Source: Octopus vulgaris (lineage: Eukaryota). Taken from it: a DNA stretch of 64,000 nt. The stretch covers positions 61,380,001 through 61,444,000 of the forward strand of contig OX597832.1 of NCBI GenBank assembly GCA_951406725.2, read 5' to 3'. Position 1 is the stretch's first letter. Each line of letters begins with the position of its first letter. Both the position numbers and the translations under genes were made by a program. A model generated the notes under the pieces. That model ran no database searches and had not been told where the DNA came from. It saw nothing but the letters and a program-made list of their open reading frames with translations. Of this stretch, positions 16,371-30,339 are shown in pieces.

Positions 16371-16994
16371 AACACAGGTAACATCGAGGACAACAACAAC
16401 AACAACAACAACAAGCAACAAACAAACATGCCTCAGTTCAATGTAATCCGTTTGAATACCGTAAAAGTATTTATACTCCCGGAGTCTACCTGAAATATTT
16501 CAAGGTTAATTGCCAGTTCCATTAGTGCTATGTTGGGATTTAGAGGTTTAGTAAATATACTTTTATATTTGTGCCTGGACGAAAACTGAAAGGAGCCCAT
16601 TGTATATATGTATGTATATATATATATAATATGCATGTATCTATGTATGCATGCATGTGCGTGCGTGTTTGTATGTGTATTTATGGCCGTTCCCTAGTAC
16701 CGCTTCACGACCGAGTCTGGTTTGTTTATGGCCCCACAACCACCACTTAGAGTTCCGGCAAATCGGACCGATTGAATCAATACGAGGCTTAAGAAATTTT
16801 AGATCGCAAGCCCACTAACCTTTTCTATTTTCTCTCCCTGTTTATTCCTGTGTTCCTTTCTGTCCAAGAGCGTAGGCTCGAAACGTAAAAGACTTTCTCA
16901 CTTCCTGAGCGTTAAACTAATACATCTGTTTGTCGTTTACACACCCGTTTTCGTATTTTGCTTTTTGTAAATTCTCACTATATATATATATATA

Positions 16995-17395
16995 TTGTAA
17001 CAGCTGGGACCCCCGTCGGTCACGACGACGAGGGTCCCAGCTGATACGATCAACGGAACAGCCTGTTCGTGAAATTAACGTGCAAGTGGCTGAGCACTCC
17101 ACAGATGCGTGTACACTTAACGTAGTTCTCGCGGGGAGATTCAGCGTGACACAGAGTGTGACATGGCTGGCCCCCTTGAAATACAGATACAGCAGAAACA
17201 GGAAGAAAAAGCGAGAGAATGTTGTGGTGAAAGTGAATGAGTACAGCAGCGTTCGCCACCCCCACCCACTGCCGAAGCCTCGGGGAGCTTTAGGACTTTT
17301 CGCTCAATAAACACTCACAATACCCACTCTGGGAATCGAAACCGCGATCCTACGACCGTGAGTCCGCTGCCCTAACCACTGGGCTATTGCGCCTT
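16995..17395 (-). mobile_element. Full-length tRNA-derived SINE
   Basis: Minus head ggcgcaatagcccagtggttagggcagcggactcacggtcgtaggatcgcggtttcgattccc has A and B boxes; the 3' half matches 45345-45470. Confidence 0.8.
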
Positions 17396-17621
17396 CACAT
17401 ATATATATGTGTATGCATGTATGTTAAGTGAAATATTTTTTAATGGTTTATTTGATATACTTTCAGTGTTTTGCTCTGATTTTTATGTTTGAGTTGTTTT
17501 TCATTTCTTGATAGATTTATTGATTGTATTTTCTATCGTTTGTAATTTTTTCTTGTTTGGGGTTTGTTTTTTGCCTGTTTTTGTATACGATTATATTATC
17601 GCTCATATATATATATATGTA

Positions 17622-17683
<62 letters not shown>

Positions 17684-19603
17684 GAGAGAAATAGAGAGAC
17701 ACGCCTATATATTATATATATATGCATATATATATAGATACACATATCCACACACATATGGATACACATATATATACAGATTTGTGTAAGAATTTATATA
17801 TGTGTGTGTTTCTGTACATAAACATTTGTACTTACATACACACACACACATACACACATACACACAAATACACACATACATACGCACACTCGTATATATC
17901 TTATGTCTATTGTATTTTGTCTTTGTTCAAATGTCGTAGAATATGATTATAACAATATACATCTTTTTTATCAATAAATAAATGTTTTTTCACTCATTTT
18001 TTTACTACCGAATATAAAACATACGATATCGATAATTTCGACGCTTGGTCGTAGAAATTTGTCTATTTTTACCATGACTAGTACAAGAAAACCATATTCT
18101 ATTGAACTCTATGATTTCTACCTAGACTCGAAACCTCCTCCCTAGTTACAGCTGCTTCATTATAATTTTCGACAGCATAGACTTGAAAAATTTAATGGAC
18201 ACTACTACTCAATACCCGTCTAAGAACTTTAAGGTGTTGCCCCAGCATGGCCGTGGATCAATGACCGAAACAAGTAGAAGAGAAAAGGAAGATATTAGCA
18301 GTAAAGTGCAATATTGGTAGAGTTGGAAGAAATAACCGTGGCGTGGGTTAACGAAGGACGCTTTCGTGACCTAGACAGAGGGCTCCTTTGGAAAACTATA
18401 CTTTACATATCCATCAGACCCTGGTACAACGAACAATAAGCTTGCAACTTATTTTTTCTGGGAGGTGTGGTGTGAGAACTCACAGCTGCATGCCCTGGGA
18501 CATCGAAGCGGATCCAGAAGGGAACAATCACCTCTGATTGCGAATAGAAACGATAATGACGTGTCCCTCTGATAGGACCCTATCGAGGAGGTACCTGATG
18601 ACTTTGCTCCGTCAAACCGCCTAGTAATAGGGAGCGGAGAAAATGGATGGGCAGAGAGATGGTAGAGTGGATTTTACAACAAAATTGTTTAGTTTCAGCC
18701 ATCATGATTTTTGATATCATCTAGGTGGCTAGCTTGCGGAATCGATAGCGCGTCGGACAAAATGCTTAGTGGTTTCTTTTCCGCTCTTTACATTCTGAGC
18801 TAAAATGCATATAGTGTTACACTTTACCATTCATATTGCCTTTAATCCTTTCAGGATCGATAACAAATAGGCACTGGTCAAATACTGGGATCGATGTAAT
18901 CAACATGCCCCTCTCCCCTCAAAAGTTCTTGTCTTGTAGCAAAATTAGAAAGAAATTTCCACACCATGAAATTTTGGCTTAATTATTTTTCAAATTTCGA
19001 CAGAAGGCCATCAGGTTTTGCAAGGTGGCAAGTCGATTACACCGATCTCCCTGCCCGACACATATTTTATTTTATCGATCACGCAAGGAAGAAAGGCAAA
19101 GGTATACCGGCAAAATTTGAACTTAGAATGTAAAAATACCTATAGAAATGCTGCTAAGCATTTTGTCTGACGGGCTAACGGTTCTGTCAGTTCATTAAAA
19201 ATACCATTTGTCATGAACTGTGAAAAGAGAAAGGTATGGAGGTGGAGAGAAGAAACTACGGTCGAAAACTTCAAGGATTGGACAAGCATTATGAAGGATC
19301 CAAGGTAGGGGAGGAGACTGGTGTATAGAGTTTAATGACGTCACTTTTGCAGCTCGATCAAGAATTGAGGGCTTAAGCAACTGTGTGAGGTTGCGTGTCT
19401 TGGAGTCCAATATACGAAGGGAAAATATGGGTACCTCGAGCGAGCAAAAGTATTTTGTGGTATTTCAATTCACGCTCCTTAATTTCTATTGACTTGATTG
19501 CTCTCTGTCCGCATGACGGCCTGACTGCTTTTCGTCTTGCAATTAACTTAGTAAAATAAGTGCAAGAAAGAGTATGAAGTTCGATGTAATAAACTAAAAG
19601 CGG

Positions 19604-20005
19604 AAAGGCGGCGAGCTGGCAGAGTTGTTAGCACGCCGGGCGAAATGCTTAGCGGTATTTCGTCTGCCGCTACGTTCTGAGTATAAATTCCGCCGAGGTC
19701 GACTTTGCATTTCACCCTTTCGGGATCGATTAAATAAGTACCAGTTACGCTCTAGGGTCGATGTAATCGACTTAATCCGTTTGTCTGTCCTTGTTTGTCC
19801 ACTCTATGTTTAGCCCCTTGTGGGTAGTAAAGAAATATGTATTTCTTCTGTCTTTACTTGGTGAGTTCAAATTCCGCCGAGGTCGACTTTGCCTTTCAAT
19901 CTTTCTGGGTCGATAAATTAAGTACTAGTTGCGTACTGAGGCCGATCTAATCGACTGGCCGTCCACTCCTCCAAAATGTTGGGCCTTGTGCCTAGAGTAG
20001 AAAAG
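19604..20005 (+). mobile_element. Composite (nested or dimeric) SINE flanked by a 16-bp TSD
   Basis: AATAAACTAAAAGCGG at 19588-19603 and 20006-20021. The SINE core occurs twice, separated by the Tx1-like tail ending aaagaaata. Confidence 0.85.
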
Positions 20006-21050
20006 AATAAACTAAAAGCGGTGCTCCAGGATGGCCAGAATTCAATAGCCGACGTCAAGGGAAAGAGTAAGATAATACACTTTTTTTTTTGTATTCGTAA
20101 TGTGTGTAATGGAGGATCTAAATAAACTCTAATAGAAAATCACTTCATATTTCATTATATTTTCATCCCAGGGGAATGAAAAGCCAAGTCGACTGAAACT
20201 AAACATTTTATTCAACGCTCCATTGCATTAAATATATCGACGATTGAAATGACTATTCAGAAAGAAAGACACAGAGAGAATGATTGAAAAATGCACGGCA
20301 ATTATACCTTGAGGAGAGATGCAAAAATGGCGCCGTAAATCAACACGCAAATCTTTCATTGAAAACATTTTCGAAAATCTAGTTCACTAATCTAAAACCT
20401 CATATTCACTGGCAGAGACCAATCGCCAATCAATATGGGAGATATAACGTAATTGTTGAAAAGGCAAGACGTCGAGAGATCTAGACAATAATAGCTGACC
20501 TTCCATGTCTAATGTTCTTTCATTACGTCTGCAGATAAGATAAACAAAAGAACCACGACATTGTATTATCGGATGAAATGATATAGGACTGGAGTGAACG
20601 ATGATAAATTAGCACTAATTAGTTTTCTCATTAGTGAAGGTGATTGTTCTTTCCTGTACGTCATCATTTTTCTAGCTGATTGTTTTATCAAGACGAGCTG
20701 CTATTGTTCCCGTTGGTAGTTCATAAAAATGGATGAATATGTGCGCTAGCGTACGTGCACATATAAACCTGTAGTGATATTTACATACATACACGCATGC
20801 ATACATACACACACACACATATATATATATGCAAATATATATATACACACATATATATATGCCTATATATATACATATATATACACACATATATATCTTT
20901 ATACATTTATATGTATATTTATATATATACATATATATATATACATACATATATGTAAATATACATATGTATATATATATACATATATATATGTATATAT
21001 GTATATAATATATACTAGGAAACATATATATATATATATATATACATATA

Positions 21051-21121
<71 letters not shown>

Positions 21122-21379
21122 GTATGTATGTATGTATGTATTTATATATGTGTGTGTGTGTGTATGTGTGTGTGTGTGCAAGTGTATATATATATTTGTA
21201 TATGTTAAGCCTACTAAGCCTCTTTAGGAAGTCTCATATGAAGCAGGCTGATATCTTACTTTAACTCGTGTACCGTGTATTTATTTACACAGTTATACAA
21301 CGCAGGCACTAATTCACTTCTCTTCTGTCTACGCACATGGACACACATACACGTATACGTATATATATATATATATATA

Positions 21380-21628
21380 TATAACTTTAAACAGAGTCTG
21401 GATAGATTCCTTCAAAGAATACCAGATAAGCCACACATAATTGGATACAACTCACCCAACAAGAACTCACTACTTGAACAAAACTGGATACAACTCACCC
21501 AACAAGAACTCACTACTTGAACAAAACTTGACTTAAACAGGATTCGAATAATCCTATCAGGTGGTGCTATATCAGGTGGCCTGGACCAATCTCTGGTCGA
21601 AACATATCTAAGTTTTATCTAAGTTTTA
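21380..21628 (+). mobile_element. CR1-group LINE 3' end with a 43-bp internal tandem duplication
   Basis: NFKQSLDRFLQRIPDKP...NSLL motif; duplication 21442-21484/21485-21527; tail (tatctaagttt)x2. Confidence 0.65.
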
Positions 21629-22419
21629 TATATACTTCACGTGTATACACTATTTTATTCGATTCGATGAAAGAGCCGCCGTGTGTTCGCTTCCCTTGCT
21701 ATAAATATCATCTGAATCTTGTTAAATGACTTCGTAGCATTTCAGAAATGAAAGGACACATTGGATAACCCAGTCATGAGGCATGGGGCATTAAACAACA
21801 GAGGAAAATCGGGTCCTGGCTGGAAGTGGCTGGAGATCGTTTGGTCATATTTCTACTTTCGCTCAAATGGGACTGACCCAACAAGAAGATTATTTGATCA
21901 CGCACGCACATACATGCTCACGCATGCGCACGTTCATACCCTTCTTGAAGAATCTAATTCCGTACTTTACAAACATTTTAAACTATCTCACTCAATTTTT
22001 TTACCAACAGTTTTTCAGCAAAATTTAATAAACCACCTGTTCAACCAATCACACACACACACACACACACACACACGTACATACACACACACACACAAGC
22101 ACATACACGCACGCATGCACGCGCACATGCGAGTTGGGACGTTACCTTATACGACAGGTGCTGTGGCTGCCTTTATTGCTTGTATGGAAATACCTACAAA
22201 TGTTGGTAATATATTTTGAATTATACTTTTATTTATTGTTTATAATTTCATGTCTACGTAGTATGTTTCCGGTTTTATTTATTTACTTATTCGCATAGAA
22301 TACTATTGTTCTTCATGATGATGTCATTATGATAGCGACTAACAAGTAGGTTATCATAAAAGTGCCTTCAAAAATATAAGGTTATCATTTAAACAGAAAA
22401 CAAAGAGTTAAAAATGTTC

Positions 22420-22676
22420 AAATACATTTATCGCCCCTACCGGGTGATGTGTGTGTTTATGAGCACAACACCAAAGCTCCACGCAGCTCTGGCAGAAGGT
22501 AATGGCGAACTTCTGCTGACTCTATCACCACAACTTTCTCTCATTCTTTCCTCCTGCATCTTTCAGCTCACCTGCGACGGACCGGCGTCCCGTCCAGGTG
22601 GGGAACTTATACGTCAAGGAAACCGGGAAACTGGCCCGTATGAGCCAGGCATGGCTCGGGAAGGAACAAACAAACT
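22420..22676 (+). mobile_element. SINE fragment with V-domain-like 3' region
   Basis: cctgcgacggaccggcgtcccgtccagg...gaaaccggg...tatgagcc...tggctcg, ending (aaac)n; the 5' part resembles the 17280-17330 SINE segment. Confidence 0.55.
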
Positions 22677-23024
22677 TAATTCTTTATTTGTAGTACACTT
22701 ATAAACTCCCGTCCACTAGGGCTCGCTACAATCCACCTTGAGAAGCTCTAGTCTAATATTATTTAAAAGGCAGTAAAGTGAAGTAATGAAAGAACTGCAG
22801 GAGTTGAGCTTTCAGAAACAATAAAAAGTCGGAGGTTAATACATCATAGCCTTTCCCTTTGTCTATCCCTGCGCCCTGTCATTTAGGGTAAACATTAGCA
22901 TGCCAGATGTCGATGTCTTATCCGATGGTTAAGCAGTTCTTTGTCGCTCCCTCCGTTTTCTGTGTACGCAGGATGGACCTCAGTTAGACTGTGCCGCGGA
23001 ATTTCAGTTTCTCCTATGAATTGG

Positions 23025-23135
<111 letters not shown>

Positions 23136-23458
23136 TAAGTACTATAGTTGTTACTACAAGTGCTACGATAGCAGCAACAAAGTAGCTCTGCCGACTAAGG
23201 AATCTGGATGTTTTAGTTTGATCTGTTAGAAATAGGACACAAAATCTCCCACATACAACAGTGATGCAACACTTTAGCTTACATCGACATATCTTCGAAC
23301 AGAGACATGATGTTCACGATTGGAACGTCTTTGATCATACTTTTGCATTATTGAGACTCATAGCTAACCTAGGACTCAGCGACAACAACAACAAGGCATC
23401 AGTCATCGTTTCTTCATCGTTTCATACACCGCCACCCGCTTTGTCATGGAGGCCTCAC

Positions 23459-23567
23459 GAATCATGATCAAAAACCTTTACTGACTTTTGTTGAATAAGC
23501 CATAAAAGGAAAACAACAGAATCTCCCCCACCAGTATATCCTGCCCTCAACGATTCCCCCAACATTG
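23459..23567 (-). other. Candidate exon or pseudo-exon (109 nt)
   Basis: ggtcatag| acceptor and |GTGAGG donor bracket an open frame MLGESLRAGYTGGGDSVVFLLWLIQQKSVKVFDHDS. Confidence 0.25.
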
Positions 23568-23796
23568 CTATGACCACAAGCAACACCCCTACCATGCCAC
23601 CACCACCACCGTCACCATCATCACCAAAACGACAAACCGCATCCACCACAACCATCACTACCGTATCATGACAATACTACCGCCACAACCACTATGACCA
23701 CCAGCACTATTGTTACGACCACTAACACCACCACTGCTTCGACGACGACGACGACCATAACATACGCTACTACTACAACTACAATTGATGCTGCTT

Positions 23797-23862
<66 letters not shown>

Positions 23863-24220
23863 ATAATAATAATAATAATAATGATAATAATAATACTGCT
23901 GCTGCTTCTACTGCTACAACTACTACTACGACTACGACTATTACTACTACTGCTGCTGCTGCTGCTACTAGTACCACAACTACAACGACGCACTTCCTCC
24001 ACATCAGAATACCATTACACCACTACCACCGCACTGCTCCCACCATCAAACCACCATACGATTATATTCCAACCACCACTGCTACCCCTTCAACACCACC
24101 ACCACCATAAATCTCAGAAATATCGCATACATGCATACAGAAACACATACACGCATAAACAAACACATACATACATACATACATACATACATACATACAT
24201 ACATACATACATACATACAT

Positions 24221-24510
24221 AGTAGAAAGCTGATTCGAAGACTACAGACCCGATCCATAATTGGAACTGTAAAACTCTGTAAAATTTTCCAGATGTTTAT
24301 CATTTAAGTAAATATGAGCATGTCTAGACAAAAGGTACAAATCTGCACATATACATACATACATACATACATACATACATACATACATACATACATAAAT
24401 ACATACATACATACTCTGTTGATGTTATTGAAATTCCAATGAAGAAGTCTAGGTTAGAGACCAGATCTTTCTCTATTGGCAAGAAATCTTGAAATAAAAC
24501 TGAATGACTT
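24221..24510 (+). mobile_element. Second, shorter 3' fragment of the LINE family at 8505-9490, embedded in (TACA)n
   Basis: Clear homology to 9121-9490 (RKLIRRLQTRSIIGTVKLCKIFQMFII* plus 3' UTR); (TACA)n on both sides. Confidence 0.85.
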
Positions 24511-25014
24511 ACATGCTTACATAAATACATACATACATACATACATACATACATACATACATACATACATACATAATACATACATACATACATACATACA
24601 TACACACATACATACTCACACACATACATTGCATAAAGAAAAGACAAAGACGTAGTGAAAGAACAACAGCTAAAGTGTTTTAGGTTAACTTTTAGGAAAA
24701 ATGGAAGAAATCTTTAATGTTTTGAGCCTACGCTCTGTTGCAGAAAGGATTGGCGAGGAGAGGCAAAAGATGGAAAGACAAAAAAAAAAAACCTGTCTGA
24801 GTTGAATGGTCAAGACATGCTGAAATGACCGGAAACGGAAGAGGTTTGTTTGAGGCGTGGGTAACAAGGGAGACAACAATGACGTAGTATATGTGTGAGT
24901 TTGCACGCATGTGTGTGTGTATGTGTGCGTGGTCGCGTCCGAGTGTATGTGAGGTACTAACTGTGTGTGTATACACTGTGTTTGCGTGTGAAAGTGCGCA
25001 TGCTTGTATCTGTG

Positions 25015-25081
<67 letters not shown>

Positions 25082-25082
<1 letters not shown>

Positions 25083-25229
25083 TTTATTTAAAAGCAGCAG
25101 AAATTCAACAAAACCTGTTACTAACACGTTTTGTTGAATTTCTGCTGCTTTTAAATAAAGCATATTACTCTACCCCTGGTATTTGAGTACTCTTTTTTCC
25201 ACCTTGTTTCACATTCATGTGTTTACTCC

Positions 25230-25232
<3 letters not shown>
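25082..25232. repeat. Short palindrome (33-bp arms) plus Penelope-type tail between (TA)n arrays
   Basis: ctttatttaaaagcagcagaaattcaacaaaac pairs with gttttgttgaatttctgctgcttttaaataaag across a 13-nt spacer. Confidence 0.8.
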
Positions 25233-25277
<45 letters not shown>

Positions 25278-25287
25278 ACACACACAC

Positions 25288-25349
<62 letters not shown>

Positions 25350-25503
25350 AAATAGAAAGATGAATAATCTTGTAGCAGATTAATCAAAAGTTTAACCGAT
25401 ATCTTGGTAGCAAAAATCACAGCAGAAGACAGCACGGTTGGAGGTACAACCATATGGTGTTGCAACCGTGCGTTGGTGCGGATAATTGAATTTTAATATT
25501 ATT

Positions 25504-25643
25504 GGTGAATTGAAGAAATGGAGCTGAACGAAGATTGAACAGAAATCGTTTTATTTCATTCTACACGTGCCTTTCGAAACACGTGTTGAATGAAATAAAA
25601 CGATTTCTGTTCAATCTTCGTTCAGCTCCATTTCTTCAATTCA

Positions 25644-25646
<3 letters not shown>
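25504..25646. repeat. Near-perfect palindrome (about 66-bp arms), fold-back Penelope-type end
   Basis: ggtgaattgaagaaatgg...cacgtg pairs with cacgtg...ccatttcttcaattcacc; the centre cctttcGAAACACGTGTT is a hammerhead 3' half; ends in (TA)n. Confidence 0.85.
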
Positions 25647-25681
<35 letters not shown>

Positions 25682-25683
<2 letters not shown>

Positions 25684-25835
25684 CGTGGCTGTGTGGCAAG
25701 AAGCGTAATCCCTACCACATGGTTCCTGGTTCAGTCCCGCTGTGTAGCACCTTGAGCAAGTGTCTTCTACAATAGCTGCGGGCTGACCAAAGCTTTGTCA
25801 GTGGATTTGGTAGACGGAAACGGGAAGAAGCTCGT
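25682..25835 (+). mobile_element. tRNA-derived SINE head and core
   Basis: ggcgtggctgtgtggcaagaag...ggttcagtccc...ccttgagcaagtgtcttctac; homologous to 32770-32930 (-). Confidence 0.8.
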
Positions 25836-27519
25836 ATGTATGTATGTATAAATGTATGTATGTATGTATGTATAAATAGACGCCTATATAAATGTGTGGA
25901 TATATATATCCACACACACATATGTCTATATGAGTGTATGTAAGTGTATAAATATGCCATCCCCCGCAAAAAATTCATTAAATTTTTATCAATTTAGATT
26001 TCAGAGTTGTCTTTCTTGTTTTTCTTAAACCTAACTGTCTTTATCATTTACGTAACTTTGACTCAGTGTTTTAAGATCGTAAGTCCCCGCTATGTACACA
26101 CACAGGTTCAATTTAGTGTACGGTAGTAATTAATTATGATATGTATTGTAATAAAGTGAATTCTGGTATAGTTTAATGTACTACAGAAGATATGAAATAG
26201 CATAGCAGAGCTTGGTAGCCGCTACGGCTGACAAACAGACACCTTACTATACAGTGGTGTAATGATAAAGTAGTCTACTGCATTGTCTGGTATTTATGTT
26301 CAAGTGACGCGTGAGGTTGCAGTGCAATGAAGTGCAGGGGGAGCGCTAATGTAGTTTATTGTGTGATAGTAAAGAAGTAGAAACTGGCATCGTAGTGCGG
26401 AATAATTGCATAGAATTAGCTGCAATATTTATGATTGCTGAAGTGAATGTTACTTTCTGCTTCCATCATCATAATCGTCTGCCATCATCATCATCATCGT
26501 CAGCATCAAGATATGTAATGGCAGCAACAGCTGCATTTGTTGTTTTTATTGTTCTATTTATGATATGGCGATGCTGTCTATAGTTTTTAATGGCGGGTAA
26601 ATAGCTGTCGGTGAAGTCTGCACTTTAGCGAACCCTGACATTTTCGTCCGACGCATAGAAACGAGAGAACAGATTAATATTGTGAAATATTCGATAATTT
26701 ATGGCAGAAAGTTATGTCAGAGACCAATTAATATCGAATCCAATAAACAAGCTCCAACCAAAGCAGATTTAGTCTCTTGTAACACGGCAGGTCATTTATT
26801 ACCAAAAGCAAAAGAAATAAAAGGTCACCTTTGATAGACTATTTTAAAACCGAAACTAATAACAAAAGTTTCGTCTTGAGATGTTGTAACACTTTAAGTT
26901 GTCAGTTAAATAGTGTTAACTCAGAACGGGTGAAAAGGTCGATTATTCTGATAATCAGATTATCAAATTTGATTGACTTTTGCCTATTTCAATGCTTATT
27001 AACATCTAATTAAACAAAGTCTTTAAAAAATTCTATTGTAGAGTGAAATACTTCGTGATTTCGTTAGAATTGTTGCATTCAGTCACTCTGGGGCTGTGTC
27101 ACAATGTTGAAGCCATATCTTATCAAATAATTGCATTAAATTAAATTTCGTTTGTGCTATGAAATGAAATTTTGATTGATTCTATTATCTATTCAATCTG
27201 ATATGGTTTTAGAAGTAAGAATTTAATTCTCGTTTTTAAAGCGAAACCATTACGTCTAAAATGTCTTATTAAAATATACAAAGTTTCCAATAAATTGATT
27301 GCATTTATTTCCTGAAGACTGATTTTCTGTAGTTCGGGGGCACAAACGCGCAATCTTCTATGGTAGACACCGATACAAAAAAGATGGCTGTCCATAACCG
27401 TCGGAATATATTTATGGGATGTCCATTTGCACCGTTAGCAAATATATTTTAAGTCTTAAATACTCCATTCCATGATATTACAGTAAAGATTTGAATCTTC
27501 TCTAGAGTTGTGACAATAG

Positions 27520-28005
27520 GGCTGAAACGCCGGCAATTTAATAAACTGTTAACGGAGAATCTTGCCTCTCGCAATATAGGAACATTTCTCATGGCACCAG
27601 CAGACAAAATAGAAAAGGTGTTGCACCGGAGAATAGCGAAGGAGGATGTGTTAGAACATCCCATCTGATTCACGTTACTTGTACTTGCGGACAAAAATCT
27701 CTACCCCGATATGGCCCGACGGTCAAGAATGCTGGAGGTCTCAACTGGAACAGGCTCAACAATAAACCTGTCAGAGAGAGACCGGTACCATCTCTGTTGT
27801 GTTTTTCTCGACCTGACGAGTAGCAGCGCCTGGACTGTTACCTGACAACACCAAATTGCGGCTGGAGGTGTCACATCATATAGCATCCCAGATGAGGGAT
27901 CTACCGCCACGGGACAGGAAAATTGTCATACTGTCCGGCCTTGTATCGTCCCCTCGGTCTAGCCTCGCTGACTCGAGGTGGGCAGGAGACTCTGCGCGAA
28001 AATTA
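27520..28005 (+). mobile_element. GC-richer decayed retroelement ORF1/gag-like remnant (tentative)
   Basis: Composition shift; broken frame TPNCGWRCHII*HPR resembles a degenerate CCHC zinc knuckle. Confidence 0.25.
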
Positions 28006-28322
28006 GGACTTTTTTTATCATAGAATATAAGTGATGAAAATTATTGATTTCAAATGTTGGCACTAAGCCAGCAATTTCGGGGTTGGCGGTAAATCGATTA
28101 CATCGACATTAGTACTCAACTGACACTTATTTTATCGACCCCGAAAGCATGAAAGGCAAGTGGAGAGAGAAGTGGAAACTTGTCGTGTGGAGCACTGTAG
28201 TTCTTGGATGGTTGATTTAAACTATCATTCGACTTAAATCGCCGCTTGACACTCAAATGCCTTTAGCAGTCTTCGTTCTATCCCAAGCATTTGGAAACCG
28301 TGGAAGCTCGTCATATGTAAAC

Positions 28323-28379
<57 letters not shown>

Positions 28380-30109
28380 TACCACGCTACCGTTTAACAA
28401 CCGGACTTTTTGCTTATTAAGATCCCCTTAACAACGGTTCGACGAGAGTCGTATAGAAGAAGTACCAGATTAAGAAAAAAAGCAAGTCCTGGCATTGGTG
28501 TGCTTGACTTGACCCTTCACTTCGGCGCCCCAGAATGGCCGCTGTCCATTGACTGAAACAAGTAAAAGAAATAACACTGGTCGTTTATTCTTGGGAAGGA
28601 AAATGTGTGACACAAAGTAATGATTAGCTGTGAAAAGTTCATCAAACACAAACAAAAAAACAAGCGGTCTGGGACGACGCGTAAATAACATTTGAGAAGT
28701 AATTTATTAAATTTTTTCTTAAAGCGATTGTTCAGTCACTGATTTCGAAAAAAAAAAAAAACAACTAACAAAAACAGGAGTAACAAAAAAAGAAAACAAA
28801 AAGAAAAATGAACAAAAAAATTGCAGCAAAACAAAAGGTATATTGAAACAAAATGGCGTATGAGAGAAAAAAAAACATCTGGAAGGGAAAAATGGCGGAT
28901 AATTGAGAAAGTCAAAAGAAAGTGACGTCGGTTGAAAAAGAGGTGTAGAGAAATCCGTAGATAAGTGTGATAAGAGTGAAATCAAATGAAGGCGACTTCA
29001 AATCATTGATTCCATCTTTATTGCTTATTTTAATTTTTTTAGACACATTTCACGTAGCGTTCTCAGTGTTGTAAAGGAATGTATTAAGTTATAAACATGA
29101 ACGCTGGTCGATATTGCGTTTGTCTTTTCCTGTGCTTGAGTACTTGTTCTTGCAGTTGACTCACACGCCAAGATCGGCTCTGGTCCAGCAAACTCGTTAT
29201 CAAATGATGTTTGGTTAATGAATGAGAATCACAATGGTGCGGTTATGGGTTCACACTAGCCTGGACCAAGTCATTTACTGCGTATGTGGGCACGTATCAT
29301 AACCATGGAGTTGGCCATATATATTTTATTCGGAATTTTTGAACATGATTCTACACTGTGGGACGGTTGGAAGTTATGCTCTACCGAAATGCTTCTAAGC
29401 ATTTTGCTCCGAGTGCTAACAACTTTACCAACTCACCGCTTTTTAAGAAGAAGAATTTTACTCTGTGCTGAGGAAGGGAAATAACCCGGAAATCGCGATA
29501 CAAAGATATTGTTTTCAGCTGAGAGGGGGTGCTAGATTCCCTTGTTCGAAAATATAAGGACACAGATCATGTCATATAGCCACTTGGAGACGATGTCTCA
29601 TGGGGTTAATTACAGCAACATTAGTTCTAAACCAGGACTGCCATGTTGTGTTGGCAAACAATCTTTACTCGAAGGTACTGTTGCTGAATATTTCTCATTG
29701 TGAGATTTACAAATAGTAATTTATTAAAAAATATGTTATGTATATAACATTTTGAAAGCTATTAGTATTATCAAGAAGTTGAAATTCCTTGGTGGCAGCA
29801 ATAAGCACTCGAGGAGACCTCTTAATATGCCTGAGGTTATTCACCAGTATTTGATGAAATATATATGTCTGGAAATATTTGAAACAAACTTACGGCCCCA
29901 AAACAGTTCATGGAGACATTCCTACATGCAGTTTGTTATGGAAAAATTGAAATTTTATCCAAATTCCATGAAACCAATATTCTAATTTTTTATCATGCCA
30001 GTTGCGTTAGGCTTTATCTCTTGTCCTTTCATCACTGCTAAATTCTTCTTTTCAATACACGCCCACCCACGGAAGCTGGAATATTGCCAGTCTGTCGTTA
30101 ACATGCCAA

Positions 30110-30170
30110 AGTAGTAGTAGTGATAATAATAACAACAACAATAATAATAACAGCGACAACAACAACAATG

Positions 30171-30249
<79 letters not shown>

Positions 30250-30260
30250 TGATGATGATG

Positions 30261-30338
<78 letters not shown>
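30110..30338. repeat. (TAA)n microsatellite
   Basis: Direct reading. Confidence 0.95.

Positions 30339-30339
<1 letters not shown>

Noticed and set aside
17320-17395. tRNA gene
   Set aside because: A and B boxes are present but there is no complete cloverleaf, and the sequence continues into a SINE body; the same holds for the other SINE heads.
23694-24110. Mucin-like Thr-rich ORF
   Set aside because: It derives from (CTA)n/(CCA)n/(TAA)n microsatellites.
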